Origin: Ylistrum balloti
Taxonomy: Eukaryota
Direction: 5' to 3'
Length of the DNA stretch: 64,000 bases
Assembly (NCBI RefSeq): GCF_031769215.1
Contig: NW_026781917.1
Span: 2,294,001 to 2,358,000, forward strand
The number at the start of each line of letters is the position of its first letter. Position 1 is the stretch's first letter. The notes under the pieces are model-generated. The model saw nothing but the letters and a program-made list of their open reading frames with translations. It ran no database searches and was not told where the DNA came from. This document shows positions 54,301 through 59,924 of this stretch, one piece after another. The translations under genes and the position numbers were made by a program.

Positions 54301-56653
54301 TTTTAGATAAATGAAGATAAAGTTTAAATCTTATCTAACTTTAAGAACTTTTTGGCCTTCCCTAGAGTGTGCTTTATAACATTTTTCGATTTCTTGTGAT
54401 TAAAGGGTTCCCAGATTATCCAGATGAGGATAAGTCCGCCGGTGGCAAAGTCTGGACAGGAGTCTCCGATCCTGTCATTCATCTTCTTGGAGCGCTATAA
54501 TGCTGTCAAGCTCGTCCAGACGATACATCACTCTCTTGCTGCACTGAGCAAGGTGATCAGGGGCACTCAGCTTCTGACCAGTGAGGTCCAAGGCCTGGCT
54601 GCAGCCCTACTCAACCAAGAGGTAACACATGATACTGTCAGAAGGATCTGTTTCTACTGTATGTTACTTGCAATAATCTCTTGCCAGTTTAAGTGATCAC
54701 CATCCTCTGTTACAGTTTCAACAAAAATGCCATCAAATGCTGTATCACTACTTGACACAACTTGCTACAGAATTTGTCATATAGCTAACTTTAGGCCACT
54801 TTTCGCATAACGTAGTTTAAGCGGCCCAGAATTTTCCCAAGATTTATGAACGCAGCTGTACTGGGTGTAGGAACAGTTTTCAGTTAAGCTAAAAATGCTT
54901 GTTTTCGGAATTTCCTGACAAACTTAAAGCATTGAACCAAGACTAAGATATCATCCATTTTAACTCATATTTCATAGCATAGCACCCCTCAATCAGGATA
55001 GGCCAAATATTCAGAAGTCCAGCCTCGGTCCCAATCTGTACTTGGCAGTTTTCTTGCAGGTTCAACTAGTCTAACTGTTTTAAGGGCTCCCTTGAAAGCA
55101 ACTTTTAATATCCAGTTATGGCCATGTTTTAAATTTTCAGAAATAAATTAATGATTTTTTCATGTAATTACTACAACAGTAATATTTCTTTTATGTTTTA
55201 CATTTGCATTAATTAATTTTCTATTTATGTTCTAGACACCTTTGAACTGGCTGTCTAAGTGGGATGGACCTGAAGACCCTATTGTATACCTCCGTGGGCT
55301 TGTAGCCAGGGCAACTGCCATTCAAAAATGGGTTGACAAGGCAGAGAATGGAAGCTTACTACGGGACCAATTAGATTTGTCAGAACTCTTCCATCCAGAT
55401 ACTTTCCTTAATGCTCTCCGTCAACAAACAGCAAGGTACAGTTTCATCTTGGCAAGAATTTCATCTGCCGAAAAAAAGAAACACAAAATGTTTAGGATGA
55501 AAATCGATTTATCAGCTTTACAAAACATATGAAGTAATTCAAAAGGAAAAGTTGATGATAAGAAGGATGATAGAAGCTCTGCTACAACATAAGCTTAATT
55601 ATCTAATTGATCTGGAATAAAAAAAAATTCCCACATGGTATACATAGCTGTTCTTCAGCATATTACTACAAACTGAATTTCAAATGAAATAATTTTGCTA
55701 TCTGGTAATAAATGTCAAAAACAGTTTTGACTTTTGCTACACAATGTACAGACCTGGTATCTACCACAATTCATCATAAACATATCTAAACTGAAGGAAA
55801 TGAGATTTTGTGATTTTAATTTTGACATGATCGTAACTATTGGTTTTGTCTTTTCTATAGAGAGATGGGGTGCTCTATGGACAGTCTGAAGTTTGCTTGT
55901 ACCTGGAAGGGCTCGATCCAGGGAGCACGAACAGTTGTCAAGTTAGGTGGACTTCAGATCGAAGGATGCAACTTTGATGGGTCCAGGCTCTCAGACAACC
56001 AGCGAGACTCGCCTAGTGTAGCTGGTATACCTCCTTGCGTGATCGCTTGGGTACCAAAGGTAGGATTTGTCCAGAGTTACTGCCCCTTGTTTTTTTTATA
56101 AAGTTAATCCTTTCGAATTCAATTAATCTTGGCATTTTCTATGTTATTTCATTTTTAATGGCATTTGCTTTAAGCCTATATGTGTAAGGTTAAGATCAGT
56201 TCAAGTTCAAAGTTCAAATTGTCTATTTTCAGGCTGAACTTTATACAAAGTAAATATGTGAATTTTTGGTAATTTCAGAATTTTGTCAAAAGTAGTCGGC
56301 ATTTGATTAGAGATATGTGTTTGGTAAATTTAACAGAATCAAATTTTATTATCAAGAATTAAGTTTGAAGTAATCAATACATTAAGAAATGTGAATTTTA
56401 CATTTGCTGTTTGTATTAAATATAATATTCACAGTGTTTGGATCCTTAAAATTTCGGGTCTTGTATTTCTATTATATAATTTTTTTACCAACAGGATGCC
56501 CCATCACCATACGGCCTAGATGATGTGATCACCATTCCAATCTACTACAGTGCTGAACGAGATCGTATCGTAACCAGACTTGAGGTCCCGTGTGGCGGTA
56601 ACCAGAATCACTGGCTACAGTGTGGCGCCGCCCTCTTCCTCCGCAGTCAGTGA
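194..56653 (+). CDS. DYNC2H1: Cytoplasmic dynein 2 heavy chain 1, complete 72-exon coding region (about 4,295 aa); exons listed individually below
   Basis: The spliced translation is colinear with human DYNC2H1 as I recall it, from N-terminus (TTANYFG, FLDDGN) to C-terminus ([10 protein letters not shown]). Walker A motifs: AAA1 [11 protein letters not shown]2 [11 protein letters not shown]3 [11 protein letters not shown]4 [11 protein letters not shown]1 Walker B: CFDEFNR. All 71 introns are GT-AG, and the exon lengths sum to 12,888 nt (divisible by 3). Confidence 0.98.
910..1216 (+). CDS. DYNC2H1: DYNC2H1 exon 2
   Basis: AG/GT bounded; [18 protein letters not shown]... Confidence 0.93.
1648..1893 (+). 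CDS. DYNC2H1: DYNC2H1 exon 3
   Basis: AG/GT; [11 protein letters not shown]...HLMDII. Confidence 0.93.
2289..2521 (+). CDS. DYNC2H1: DYNC2H1 exon 4
   Basis: AG/GT; [10 protein letters not shown]...QRLEE. Confidence 0.93.
2971..3219 (+). CDS. DYNC2H1: DYNC2H1 exon 5
   Basis: AG/GT; [10 protein letters not shown]...GYPQQ. Confidence 0.93.
3382..3455 (+). CDS. DYNC2H1: DYNC2H1 exon 6
   Basis: AG/GT; [15 protein letters not shown]. Confidence 0.92.
3865..4024 (+). CDS. DYNC2H1: DYNC2H1 exon 7
   Basis: AG/GT; ETLLGQL...RQLEAR. Confidence 0.92.
4700..4875 (+). CDS. DYNC2H1: DYNC2H1 exon 8
   Basis: AG/GT; [18 protein letters not shown]. Confidence 0.92.
5604..5799 (+). CDS. DYNC2H1: DYNC2H1 exon 9
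   Basis: AG/GT; [10 protein letters not shown]...REVRQL...VLKQ. Confidence 0.93.
6158..6266 (+). CDS. DYNC2H1: DYNC2H1 exon 10
   Basis: AG/GT; [12 protein letters not shown]. Confidence 0.93.
6613..6761 (+). CDS. DYNC2H1: DYNC2H1 exon 11
   Basis: AG/GT; ITWDNPDEL...ENRRLRK. Confidence 0.92.
7658..7756 (+). CDS. DYNC2H1: DYNC2H1 exon 12
   Basis: AG/GT; [17 protein letters not shown]. Confidence 0.93.
8099..8467 (+). CDS. DYNC2H1: DYNC2H1 exon 13
   Basis: AG/GT; [24 protein letters not shown]. Confidence 0.95.
8909..9036 (+). CDS. DYNC2H1: DYNC2H1 exon 14
   Basis: AG/GT; EWVVLG...DWERNFK. Confidence 0.93.
9572..9815 (+). CDS. DYNC2H1: DYNC2H1 exon 15
   Basis: AG/GT; KIDCLTVN...PQTVEEIG. 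Confidence 0.93.
10158..10307 (+). CDS. DYNC2H1: DYNC2H1 exon 16
   Basis: AG/GT; [14 protein letters not shown]. Confidence 0.94.
10748..10950 (+). CDS. DYNC2H1: DYNC2H1 exon 17
   Basis: AG/GT; VDVMKSNV...QLKPGDD. Confidence 0.92.
11369..11524 (+). CDS. DYNC2H1: DYNC2H1 exon 18
   Basis: AG/GT; NDCEHFG...EDWISF. Confidence 0.92.
11669..11780 (+). CDS. DYNC2H1: DYNC2H1 exon 19
   Basis: AG/GT; TYMFEEF...MTVKLQ. Confidence 0.92.
12320..12490 (+). CDS. DYNC2H1: DYNC2H1 exon 20
   Basis: AG/GT; [16 protein letters not shown]. Confidence 0.94.
12901..13059 (+). CDS. DYNC2H1: DYNC2H1 exon 21 (linker)
   Basis: AG/GT; [19 protein letters not shown]. Confidence 0.94.
13232..13455 (+). CDS. DYNC2H1: DYNC2H1 exon 22 (linker)
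   Basis: AG/GT; [18 protein letters not shown]. Confidence 0.95.
13708..13840 (+). CDS. DYNC2H1: DYNC2H1 exon 23 (linker)
   Basis: AG/GT; [16 protein letters not shown]. Confidence 0.94.
14586..14816 (+). CDS. DYNC2H1: DYNC2H1 exon 24 (linker)
   Basis: AG/GT; [17 protein letters not shown]. Confidence 0.95.
15336..15455 (+). CDS. DYNC2H1: DYNC2H1 exon 25
   Basis: AG/GT; [11 protein letters not shown]...YPSQ. Confidence 0.93.
15737..16011 (+). CDS. DYNC2H1: DYNC2H1 exon 26
   Basis: AG/GT; [11 protein letters not shown]...LKLKALILD. Confidence 0.94.
16713..16852 (+). CDS. DYNC2H1: DYNC2H1 exon 27 (AAA1 start)
   Basis: AG/GT; YTYEYQGN...[13 protein letters not shown]. Confidence 0.95.
17314..17432 (+). 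CDS. DYNC2H1: DYNC2H1 exon 28 (AAA1 P-loop)
   Basis: AG/GT; [12 protein letters not shown]...VFNCDE. Confidence 0.96.
18025..18207 (+). CDS. DYNC2H1: DYNC2H1 exon 29 (AAA1 Walker B)
   Basis: AG/GT; [12 protein letters not shown]. Confidence 0.96.
18662..18885 (+). CDS. DYNC2H1: DYNC2H1 exon 30 (AAA1 sensor I)
   Basis: AG/GT; [27 protein letters not shown]. Confidence 0.96.
19488..19572. repeat. Short degenerate tandem repeat, about 24-nt unit (ttattgacctattaaccttca...)
   Basis: Three to four copies just upstream of the exon 31 acceptor. Confidence 0.7.
19604..19707 (+). CDS. DYNC2H1: DYNC2H1 exon 31
   Basis: AG/GT; [17 protein letters not shown]. Confidence 0.95.
19976..20190 (+). CDS. 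DYNC2H1: DYNC2H1 exon 32
   Basis: AG/GT; VVQALRINT...DVFPGI. Confidence 0.93.
20767..20943 (+). CDS. DYNC2H1: DYNC2H1 exon 33 (AAA2 P-loop)
   Basis: AG/GT; [11 protein letters not shown]...MNPKAM. Confidence 0.95.
21292..21379 (+). CDS. DYNC2H1: DYNC2H1 exon 34
   Basis: AG/GT; [18 protein letters not shown]. Confidence 0.95.
21967..22174 (+). CDS. DYNC2H1: DYNC2H1 exon 35 (AAA2)
   Basis: AG/GT; [23 protein letters not shown]. Confidence 0.96.
22583..22712 (+). CDS. DYNC2H1: DYNC2H1 exon 36
   Basis: AG/GT; DEDTDVKAL...WVLRV. Confidence 0.9.
22987..23142 (+). CDS. DYNC2H1: DYNC2H1 exon 37
   Basis: AG/GT; NDSVVETS...GLGGNL. Confidence 0.93.
23681..23779 (+). CDS. DYNC2H1: DYNC2H1 exon 38
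   Basis: AG/GT; [11 protein letters not shown]...TYSME. Confidence 0.92.
24457..24682. mobile_element. MITE (Tc1/mariner-type) with terminal inverted repeats and TA flanks
   Basis: Perfect 16-nt inverted match GTTACTGTAAACTCAT (24453-24468) / ATGAGTTTACAGTAAC (24671-24686); the CTGT...ACAG core is flanked by TA on both sides; no ORF. Confidence 0.7.
25441..25461 (+). other. Weak candidate 21-nt in-frame cassette exon (ITAYYNG) in DYNC2H1 intron 38
   Basis: CATATTACAG, then ATT ACA GCT TAT TAT AAC GGG, then GTATGA; phase-0 intron; stop-free. Confidence 0.35.
27790..27953 (+). CDS. DYNC2H1: DYNC2H1 exon 39 (AAA3 P-loop)
   Basis: AG/GT; [12 protein letters not shown]. Confidence 0.94.
28369..28767 (+). 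CDS. DYNC2H1: DYNC2H1 exon 40 (AAA3)
   Basis: AG/GT; [15 protein letters not shown]...LTTRFTS. Confidence 0.95.
29711..29855 (+). CDS. DYNC2H1: DYNC2H1 exon 41
   Basis: AG/GT; [11 protein letters not shown]. Confidence 0.94.
30174..30444 (+). CDS. DYNC2H1: DYNC2H1 exon 42
   Basis: AG/GT; FTVDDYSHY...YEARRLFRD. Confidence 0.94.
30868..31017 (+). CDS. DYNC2H1: DYNC2H1 exon 43
   Basis: AG/GT; FVTWGA...[12 protein letters not shown]. Confidence 0.93.
31554..31786 (+). CDS. DYNC2H1: DYNC2H1 exon 44 (AAA4 P-loop)
   Basis: AG/GT; [13 protein letters not shown]. Confidence 0.95.
32085..32475. repeat. Degenerate minisatellite, about 19-nt unit (tgaccctctatgacccttg)
   Basis: Directly visible tandem copies, C/T-rich on +, ending at the exon 45 acceptor. 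Confidence 0.85.
32484..32706 (+). CDS. DYNC2H1: DYNC2H1 exon 45 (AAA4)
   Basis: AG/GT; [18 protein letters not shown]. Confidence 0.94.
33073..33215 (+). CDS. DYNC2H1: DYNC2H1 exon 46
   Basis: AG/GT; NLHIALIMD...CESNPA. Confidence 0.93.
33640..33885 (+). CDS. DYNC2H1: DYNC2H1 exon 47
   Basis: AG/GT; [11 protein letters not shown]...HLQ. Confidence 0.93.
34023..34160 (+). CDS. DYNC2H1: DYNC2H1 exon 48 (stalk CC1)
   Basis: AG/GT; [10 protein letters not shown]...ITVSMQ. Confidence 0.94.
34566..34675 (+). ncRNA. Type I hammerhead ribozyme motif, probably from a Penelope-like element
   Basis: CUGAUGA (34589-34595); stem II GGCCGC/GCGGUC; GAAA (34612-34615); palindromic ACAUGU; 23-bp stem 34566-34588 with 34653-34675 directly abutting the core. 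Confidence 0.75.
34698..34972 (+). CDS. DYNC2H1: DYNC2H1 exon 49 (stalk/MTBD)
   Basis: AG/GT; [22 protein letters not shown]. Confidence 0.95.
35302..35425 (+). CDS. DYNC2H1: DYNC2H1 exon 50 (MTBD)
   Basis: AG/GT; [17 protein letters not shown]. Confidence 0.94.
35709..35830 (+). CDS. DYNC2H1: DYNC2H1 exon 51 (MTBD/CC2)
   Basis: AG/GT; [13 protein letters not shown]. Confidence 0.94.
36471..36684 (+). CDS. DYNC2H1: DYNC2H1 exon 52 (stalk CC2)
   Basis: AG/GT; NLQKAE...EYQRWSSQ. Confidence 0.93.
37220..37471 (+). CDS. DYNC2H1: DYNC2H1 exon 53
   Basis: AG/GT; WKSEGLPSD...ENALVILQ (ends at Q3271). Confidence 0.95.
38936..38956 (+). CDS. DYNC2H1: Candidate alternative 21-nt microexon of DYNC2H1 (MNEIPAG)
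   Basis: U-rich tract with UGC motifs then GTCAG, followed by ATG AAT GAG ATA CCA GCC GGG and donor GTAAGC. It lies in a phase-0 intron, is in frame and stop-free, and sits at the ENALVILQ junction where I recall human isoform 2 inserts 7 aa. Confidence 0.75.
41640..41738 (+). CDS. DYNC2H1: DYNC2H1 exon 54 (AAA5)
   Basis: AG/GT; [15 protein letters not shown]. Confidence 0.94.
42517..42640 (+). CDS. DYNC2H1: DYNC2H1 exon 55 (AAA5)
   Basis: AG/GT; [15 protein letters not shown]. Confidence 0.95.
42930..43093 (+). CDS. DYNC2H1: DYNC2H1 exon 56 (AAA5)
   Basis: AG/GT; [10 protein letters not shown]...VNFTTT. Confidence 0.95.
43521..43640 (+). CDS. DYNC2H1: DYNC2H1 exon 57 (buttress)
   Basis: AG/GT; EKPELE...[10 protein letters not shown]. 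Confidence 0.94.
43655..44665. repeat. G-rich 43-bp minisatellite containing TTAGGG, about 23 copies
   Basis: Unit aatggaggttaggggttgggctgatgtaaaggggagagtcact; period of 43 measured at 43771/43814/43857. Confidence 0.95.
45026..45160 (+). CDS. DYNC2H1: DYNC2H1 exon 58
   Basis: AG/GT; GNILENKEL. Confidence 0.94.
45665..45808 (+). CDS. DYNC2H1: DYNC2H1 exon 59
   Basis: AG/GT; [17 protein letters not shown]. Confidence 0.95.
45953..46108 (+). CDS. DYNC2H1: DYNC2H1 exon 60
   Basis: AG/GT; [18 protein letters not shown]. Confidence 0.94.
47140..47241 (+). CDS. DYNC2H1: DYNC2H1 exon 61
   Basis: AG/GT; EWELFTG...PSWVDPER. Confidence 0.9.
47600..47804 (+). CDS. DYNC2H1: DYNC2H1 exon 62
   Basis: AG/GT; RPDRLQTAM. 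Confidence 0.93.
48264..48427 (+). CDS. DYNC2H1: DYNC2H1 exon 63 (AAA6)
   Basis: AG/GT; [17 protein letters not shown]. Confidence 0.94.
48921..49046 (+). CDS. DYNC2H1: DYNC2H1 exon 64 (AAA6)
   Basis: AG/GT; VAMGQGQ...WLCLKNLHL. Confidence 0.95.
49290..50462. repeat. 33-bp minisatellite, about 35 copies
   Basis: Unit ataatcctcagagggtgaaatatacccatttgt; reads as ([11 protein letters not shown])n on - and ([11 protein letters not shown])n on +. Confidence 0.97.
50612..51515. repeat. 65-bp tandem repeat, 14 copies
   Basis: gcctccagtaattatatatgtgagtccccag... recurs every 65 nt from 50616 to 51461. Confidence 0.97.
51938..52048 (+). CDS. DYNC2H1: DYNC2H1 exon 65 (AAA6)
   Basis: AG/GT; FRLWMTAE...[10 protein letters not shown]. 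Confidence 0.95.
52396..52551 (+). CDS. DYNC2H1: DYNC2H1 exon 66
   Basis: AG/GT; [12 protein letters not shown]. Confidence 0.95.
52805..52883 (+). CDS. DYNC2H1: DYNC2H1 exon 67
   Basis: AG/GT; [16 protein letters not shown]. Confidence 0.94.
53242..53657 (+). CDS. DYNC2H1: DYNC2H1 exon 68
   Basis: AG/GT; IYGGRVDN...FGLPDNI...ILNLWK. Confidence 0.94.
53645..53972 (+). repeat. 35/36-bp tandem repeat containing the exon 68 splice donor, 9 copies
   Basis: AG|GTAAA junction at 53657, 53692, 53728, 53764, 53799, 53835, 53871, 53907 and 53943. Confidence 0.95.
54406..54621 (+). CDS. DYNC2H1: DYNC2H1 exon 69 (C-terminal domain)
   Basis: AG/GT; [12 protein letters not shown]. Confidence 0.92.
55236..55435 (+). 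CDS. DYNC2H1: DYNC2H1 exon 70
   Basis: AG/GT; [18 protein letters not shown]. Confidence 0.95.
55861..56059 (+). CDS. DYNC2H1: DYNC2H1 exon 71
   Basis: AG/GT; [11 protein letters not shown]. Confidence 0.94.
56495..56653 (+). CDS. DYNC2H1: DYNC2H1 exon 72 (terminal coding exon)
   Basis: AG acceptor; SAERDR...[13 protein letters not shown] then TGA. Confidence 0.95.
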   Translation, partial: DAPSPYGLDDVITIPIYYSAERDRIVTRLEVPCGGNQNHWLQCGAALFLRSQ

Positions 56654-57310
56654 CGAAGGCTGTGATAGCATGATACAAACTTTATCTTATTTTGGGAAAA
56701 ATAAGATCGCTTTGTTTTGTTGAAAATGATGTGTTTTTTTGAGAAGAACAGTTGTGATTTTTTTGTAAAATTGAACCAATATTGTGATTGTGATGAAACT
56801 GACAACACAGAATTAAGCATGGTGGATATGAGACTGAAATTAACAAATGTTTAATGAAATGTATATTCCTTGGTACAAAAATTTAAAGCTCAAAGTAGAC
56901 TCTACACAGAAAAAAAAATATGCATTGCTAAAAGAAAACCTGAAATACCACTTACACATTTTGTTTATATCATAAGGAAAGTTGTGAACTGCATATCAGT
57001 CATAGTTCAGTTATTTATAAAATGTCCAAGACATTGATATCAATTTTGATATTTATTTATTTTATTTTTTTTTTTTTTTGTGAGTTGAAAATTTGTTTCT
57101 ACATGTATTTGACTTTTATGTGATAGTCTGTGATAAAGTGAACAATTGATACATATTTATTATTATTATCATAATTTCCGTCCATTTTGTAAAGATAAAG
57201 TTGTGAATATTAAGGCAGAATATCAAAGTACCTGTATTAAAGTGTCATAAAATTATGGTTTTGTTTGTGATTATTGGAGCCTTGCATGTTACATGTGGGT
57301 ACCATATAGT

Positions 57311-57316
57311 AATAAA
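57311..57316 (+). terminator. Probable poly(A) signal of DYNC2H1
   Basis: AATAAA about 660 nt after the stop codon, followed by a GU/U-rich stretch (gttgtccatttgtctgttattttgtttt). Confidence 0.55.
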
Positions 57317-57409
57317 GTTGTCCATTTGTCTGTTATTTTGTTTTGGCACAATATCTGTTGGGCCAGATGCACTCAAATTTTACCCTATGCTACTTCAAAG
57401 GAAGTGCTT

Positions 57410-57730
57410 GTGTGGGAGTGATATTTGAGGTCAAAGGTCAAGGTCACTGTTACTATGACTATAAATTATGCTATCATATTATATATTATTCATCATGCTA
57501 TTAGATGATAGAGAATCAAAACATACTCAAATTAGATTTAATTGGCAGCATAAAGGACTGACATTCAGTAAAATCAGAGATCATGGGAGTGATTTTGAGG
57601 TCAAAGGCAAGGATACTGTTACTATAATCAGGAATTATTTTACACAAATTTATCTTATTGGTAGTAGATGATAGAGAATTTCTTTTTTACTGGCACCTTA
57701 AAGGACTGACAATCGGTATTGTCTGAGATG
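57410..57730. repeat. Degenerate tandem duplication, about 150-170 nt, with gaggtcaaagg(t)caagg
   Basis: tgggagtgat...gaggtcaaagg at 57413 and 57584; ggcag/ggcac...taaaggactgaca at 57544 and 57692. Confidence 0.7.
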
Positions 57731-57771
57731 ATGTGATAACCTGTATATTACTGTAGATTATCTATTCCCTC

Positions 57772-58500
57772 TTGATGTCAGCAAAGATAAATTTATTTTC
57801 TTATCCGACCAAACGTTTCTGTTCTTCTTGATGTCAGCAAAGATAAGTTTATTTTCTTATCCGACCAAACACTTCTGTTCTTCTTGATGTCAGCAAAGAT
57901 AAGTTTATTTTCTTATCCGACCAAACACTTCTGTTCTTCTTGATGTCTTATCTGACCAAATGATTCTGTCCCTTTAGATGTCAGTAAAGATGGGTTACTG
58001 TCTTATCTGACCAAATGATTCTGTCCCTTTAGATGTCAGTAAAGATGGACCAAACACTTCTGTTCTTCTTGATGTCAGCAAACATAAGTTTATTTTCTTA
58101 TCCGACCCTTCACTTCTGTTCTTCTTTATGTCAGCAAATATAATTTTATTTCTTATCCGACCAAACACTTCTGTATCTGACCAAATGATGTCAGCTGTCC
58201 CTTTAGATGTCAGTAAAGATGGGTTACTGTCTTATCTGACCAAATGATTCTGTCCCTTTAGATGTCAGTAAAGATGGGTTACTGTCTTATCTGACCAAAT
58301 GATTCTGTCCCTTTAGATGTCAGTAAAGATGGGCTACTGTCTTATCTGACCAAATGATTCTGTCCCTTTAGATGTCAGTAAAGATGGGCTACTGTCTTAT
58401 CTGACCAAATGATTCTGTCACTGTTGATATCTGTAAAGACAGGTTTACTGACACACTGTCTTACTTGACAAATGATTCTGTCCCACTTGATGTCAGTAGA
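57772..58500. repeat. Intergenic satellite with two related unit types (56-bp A and 55-bp B)
   Basis: A: gatgtcagcaaagataagtttattttcttatccgaccaaacacttctgttcttctt. B: gatgtcagtaaagatgggttactgtcttatctgaccaaatgattctgtcccttta. Confidence 0.93.
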
Positions 58501-58571
58501 GACAGATTAAATAAGTCTTTTTGATAATGGCCCCAAAACAATAACAAAAATCAGTTTACAAATATTGTTTT

Positions 58572-58577
58572 TTTATT
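58572..58577 (-). terminator. Possible poly(A) signal of the convergent minus-strand gene
   Basis: AATAAA on -, followed by a U/GU-rich stretch on - (58560-58531); other AATAAA sites lie closer to the stop. Confidence 0.35.
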
Positions 58578-59739
58578 GAGCACTTTATAACTGAAATATT
58601 TGTAGAATTTCATTGATGATGATGATGGTTACCTTTAATAAAAACATAGATAAAATGTTGATCATTTCACATAATGCACAGAAAATGACCAATAACGATA
58701 TAAATTAACTAAAAATAACACATGTTGGAATAATTCTCCAGAAAAAACATGCCATTTTCATGAAATATTGATAAATATTTTTTTCAAAAACTTAAAACAA
58801 AAATCAATGTTTCTACTGCAAAAATATAATACTTAGGACCATCTACAATCCTTGAGACTCAATCCTGCCACCTACAATTTTCTATGAATAAAGAATTGAA
58901 AAAAAAAATAAATAAAAAGGGTCTGAATGGTAAGTAGGATGACCAAATAACTAGTTGATAACTTATTTTAAAGAATACAGATAATTATTTTAAATGTAAT
59001 AGATAATATATGACACTATTGTTTAAGATGAAAGTTCCCAGAGAAAATAATATGTAAAAAATGATTTTATACTCTTTCATAAATTTCTTATTTTTATGCA
59101 CAAGAAATATTCATAATTTTATAACAAGTATTTGAAATCAATACAAATATTTTATTTCAGCAGGAATGTGTGTGGTGTTGTGGAATTAAAAAAAGATGGT
59201 ACCAGTACATTTGTATAAATGAAACATTTTAATGTTCTTTTTCAGTTTGAAACTCAAACAATGAAATGAAAATGCAATGAAAGGAGATTATAAGACATAA
59301 TTTACATGTATGATGTATCAACACATGCCTAGATATGTTCACTCCTAAATAATGTAATGTAACTCCATACTTGTTTTAGGGATGTCCTGCTTATCTATGT
59401 GCAGATTAAAATTTTTAGTTTGATCAATAGCAGAAAGTGCTCCTTTAAATGATTGTAAAGAAAGTCTAAAGATGTACCTTAATCAATATTTAACTATCAG
59501 GAATCTATGCTAAAATAAATACTTCACAAAAAAGGAATAATTTGCGGTAACTCACAACATCATGGAAACATTGATCACCAGGATATAAAAAATACTTTGT
59601 GAATGAGTTTGTCAAGTAATGAATAAAATCATCTTGCTTTAAGTGTATGAAGGACTTTTAAACAGTTATAATTTTGGAATGAATATGGGACAATATAGTA
59701 TTTGTGACATACTACACTGTACTATGCTGTACAACAGTA

Positions 59740-59924
59740 CAGTGGAACTTGTCCAATCTAATCCCACATAAATCTCACAGCCTGTCACATTTAGCATACA
59801 ACTTTTTAACTCTATTCCCTACACAAGCTTCCACATTAAAAACAAAACCTGTGTATTCTGACATTCTGTCTAATCCACCGAAACAGTATATTCATCAGAT
59901 TGTCAGAACCAACAGGTTTCATTC
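59740..59924. mobile_element. Degenerate TA-flanked MITE
   Basis: TA-CAGTGGAACTTGTCC left end and AACAGGTTTCATTC-TA right end (decayed inverted repeat); internal subrepeats cctgtgtattctgac/ctgtctaatcc. Confidence 0.45.

Noticed and set aside
56651-56668. Stop-codon readthrough at TGA-C (TGA CGA AGG CTG TGA TAG)
   Set aside because: The context is not the strong UGA-CUAG motif, and readthrough would add only about 4 residues before a double stop.
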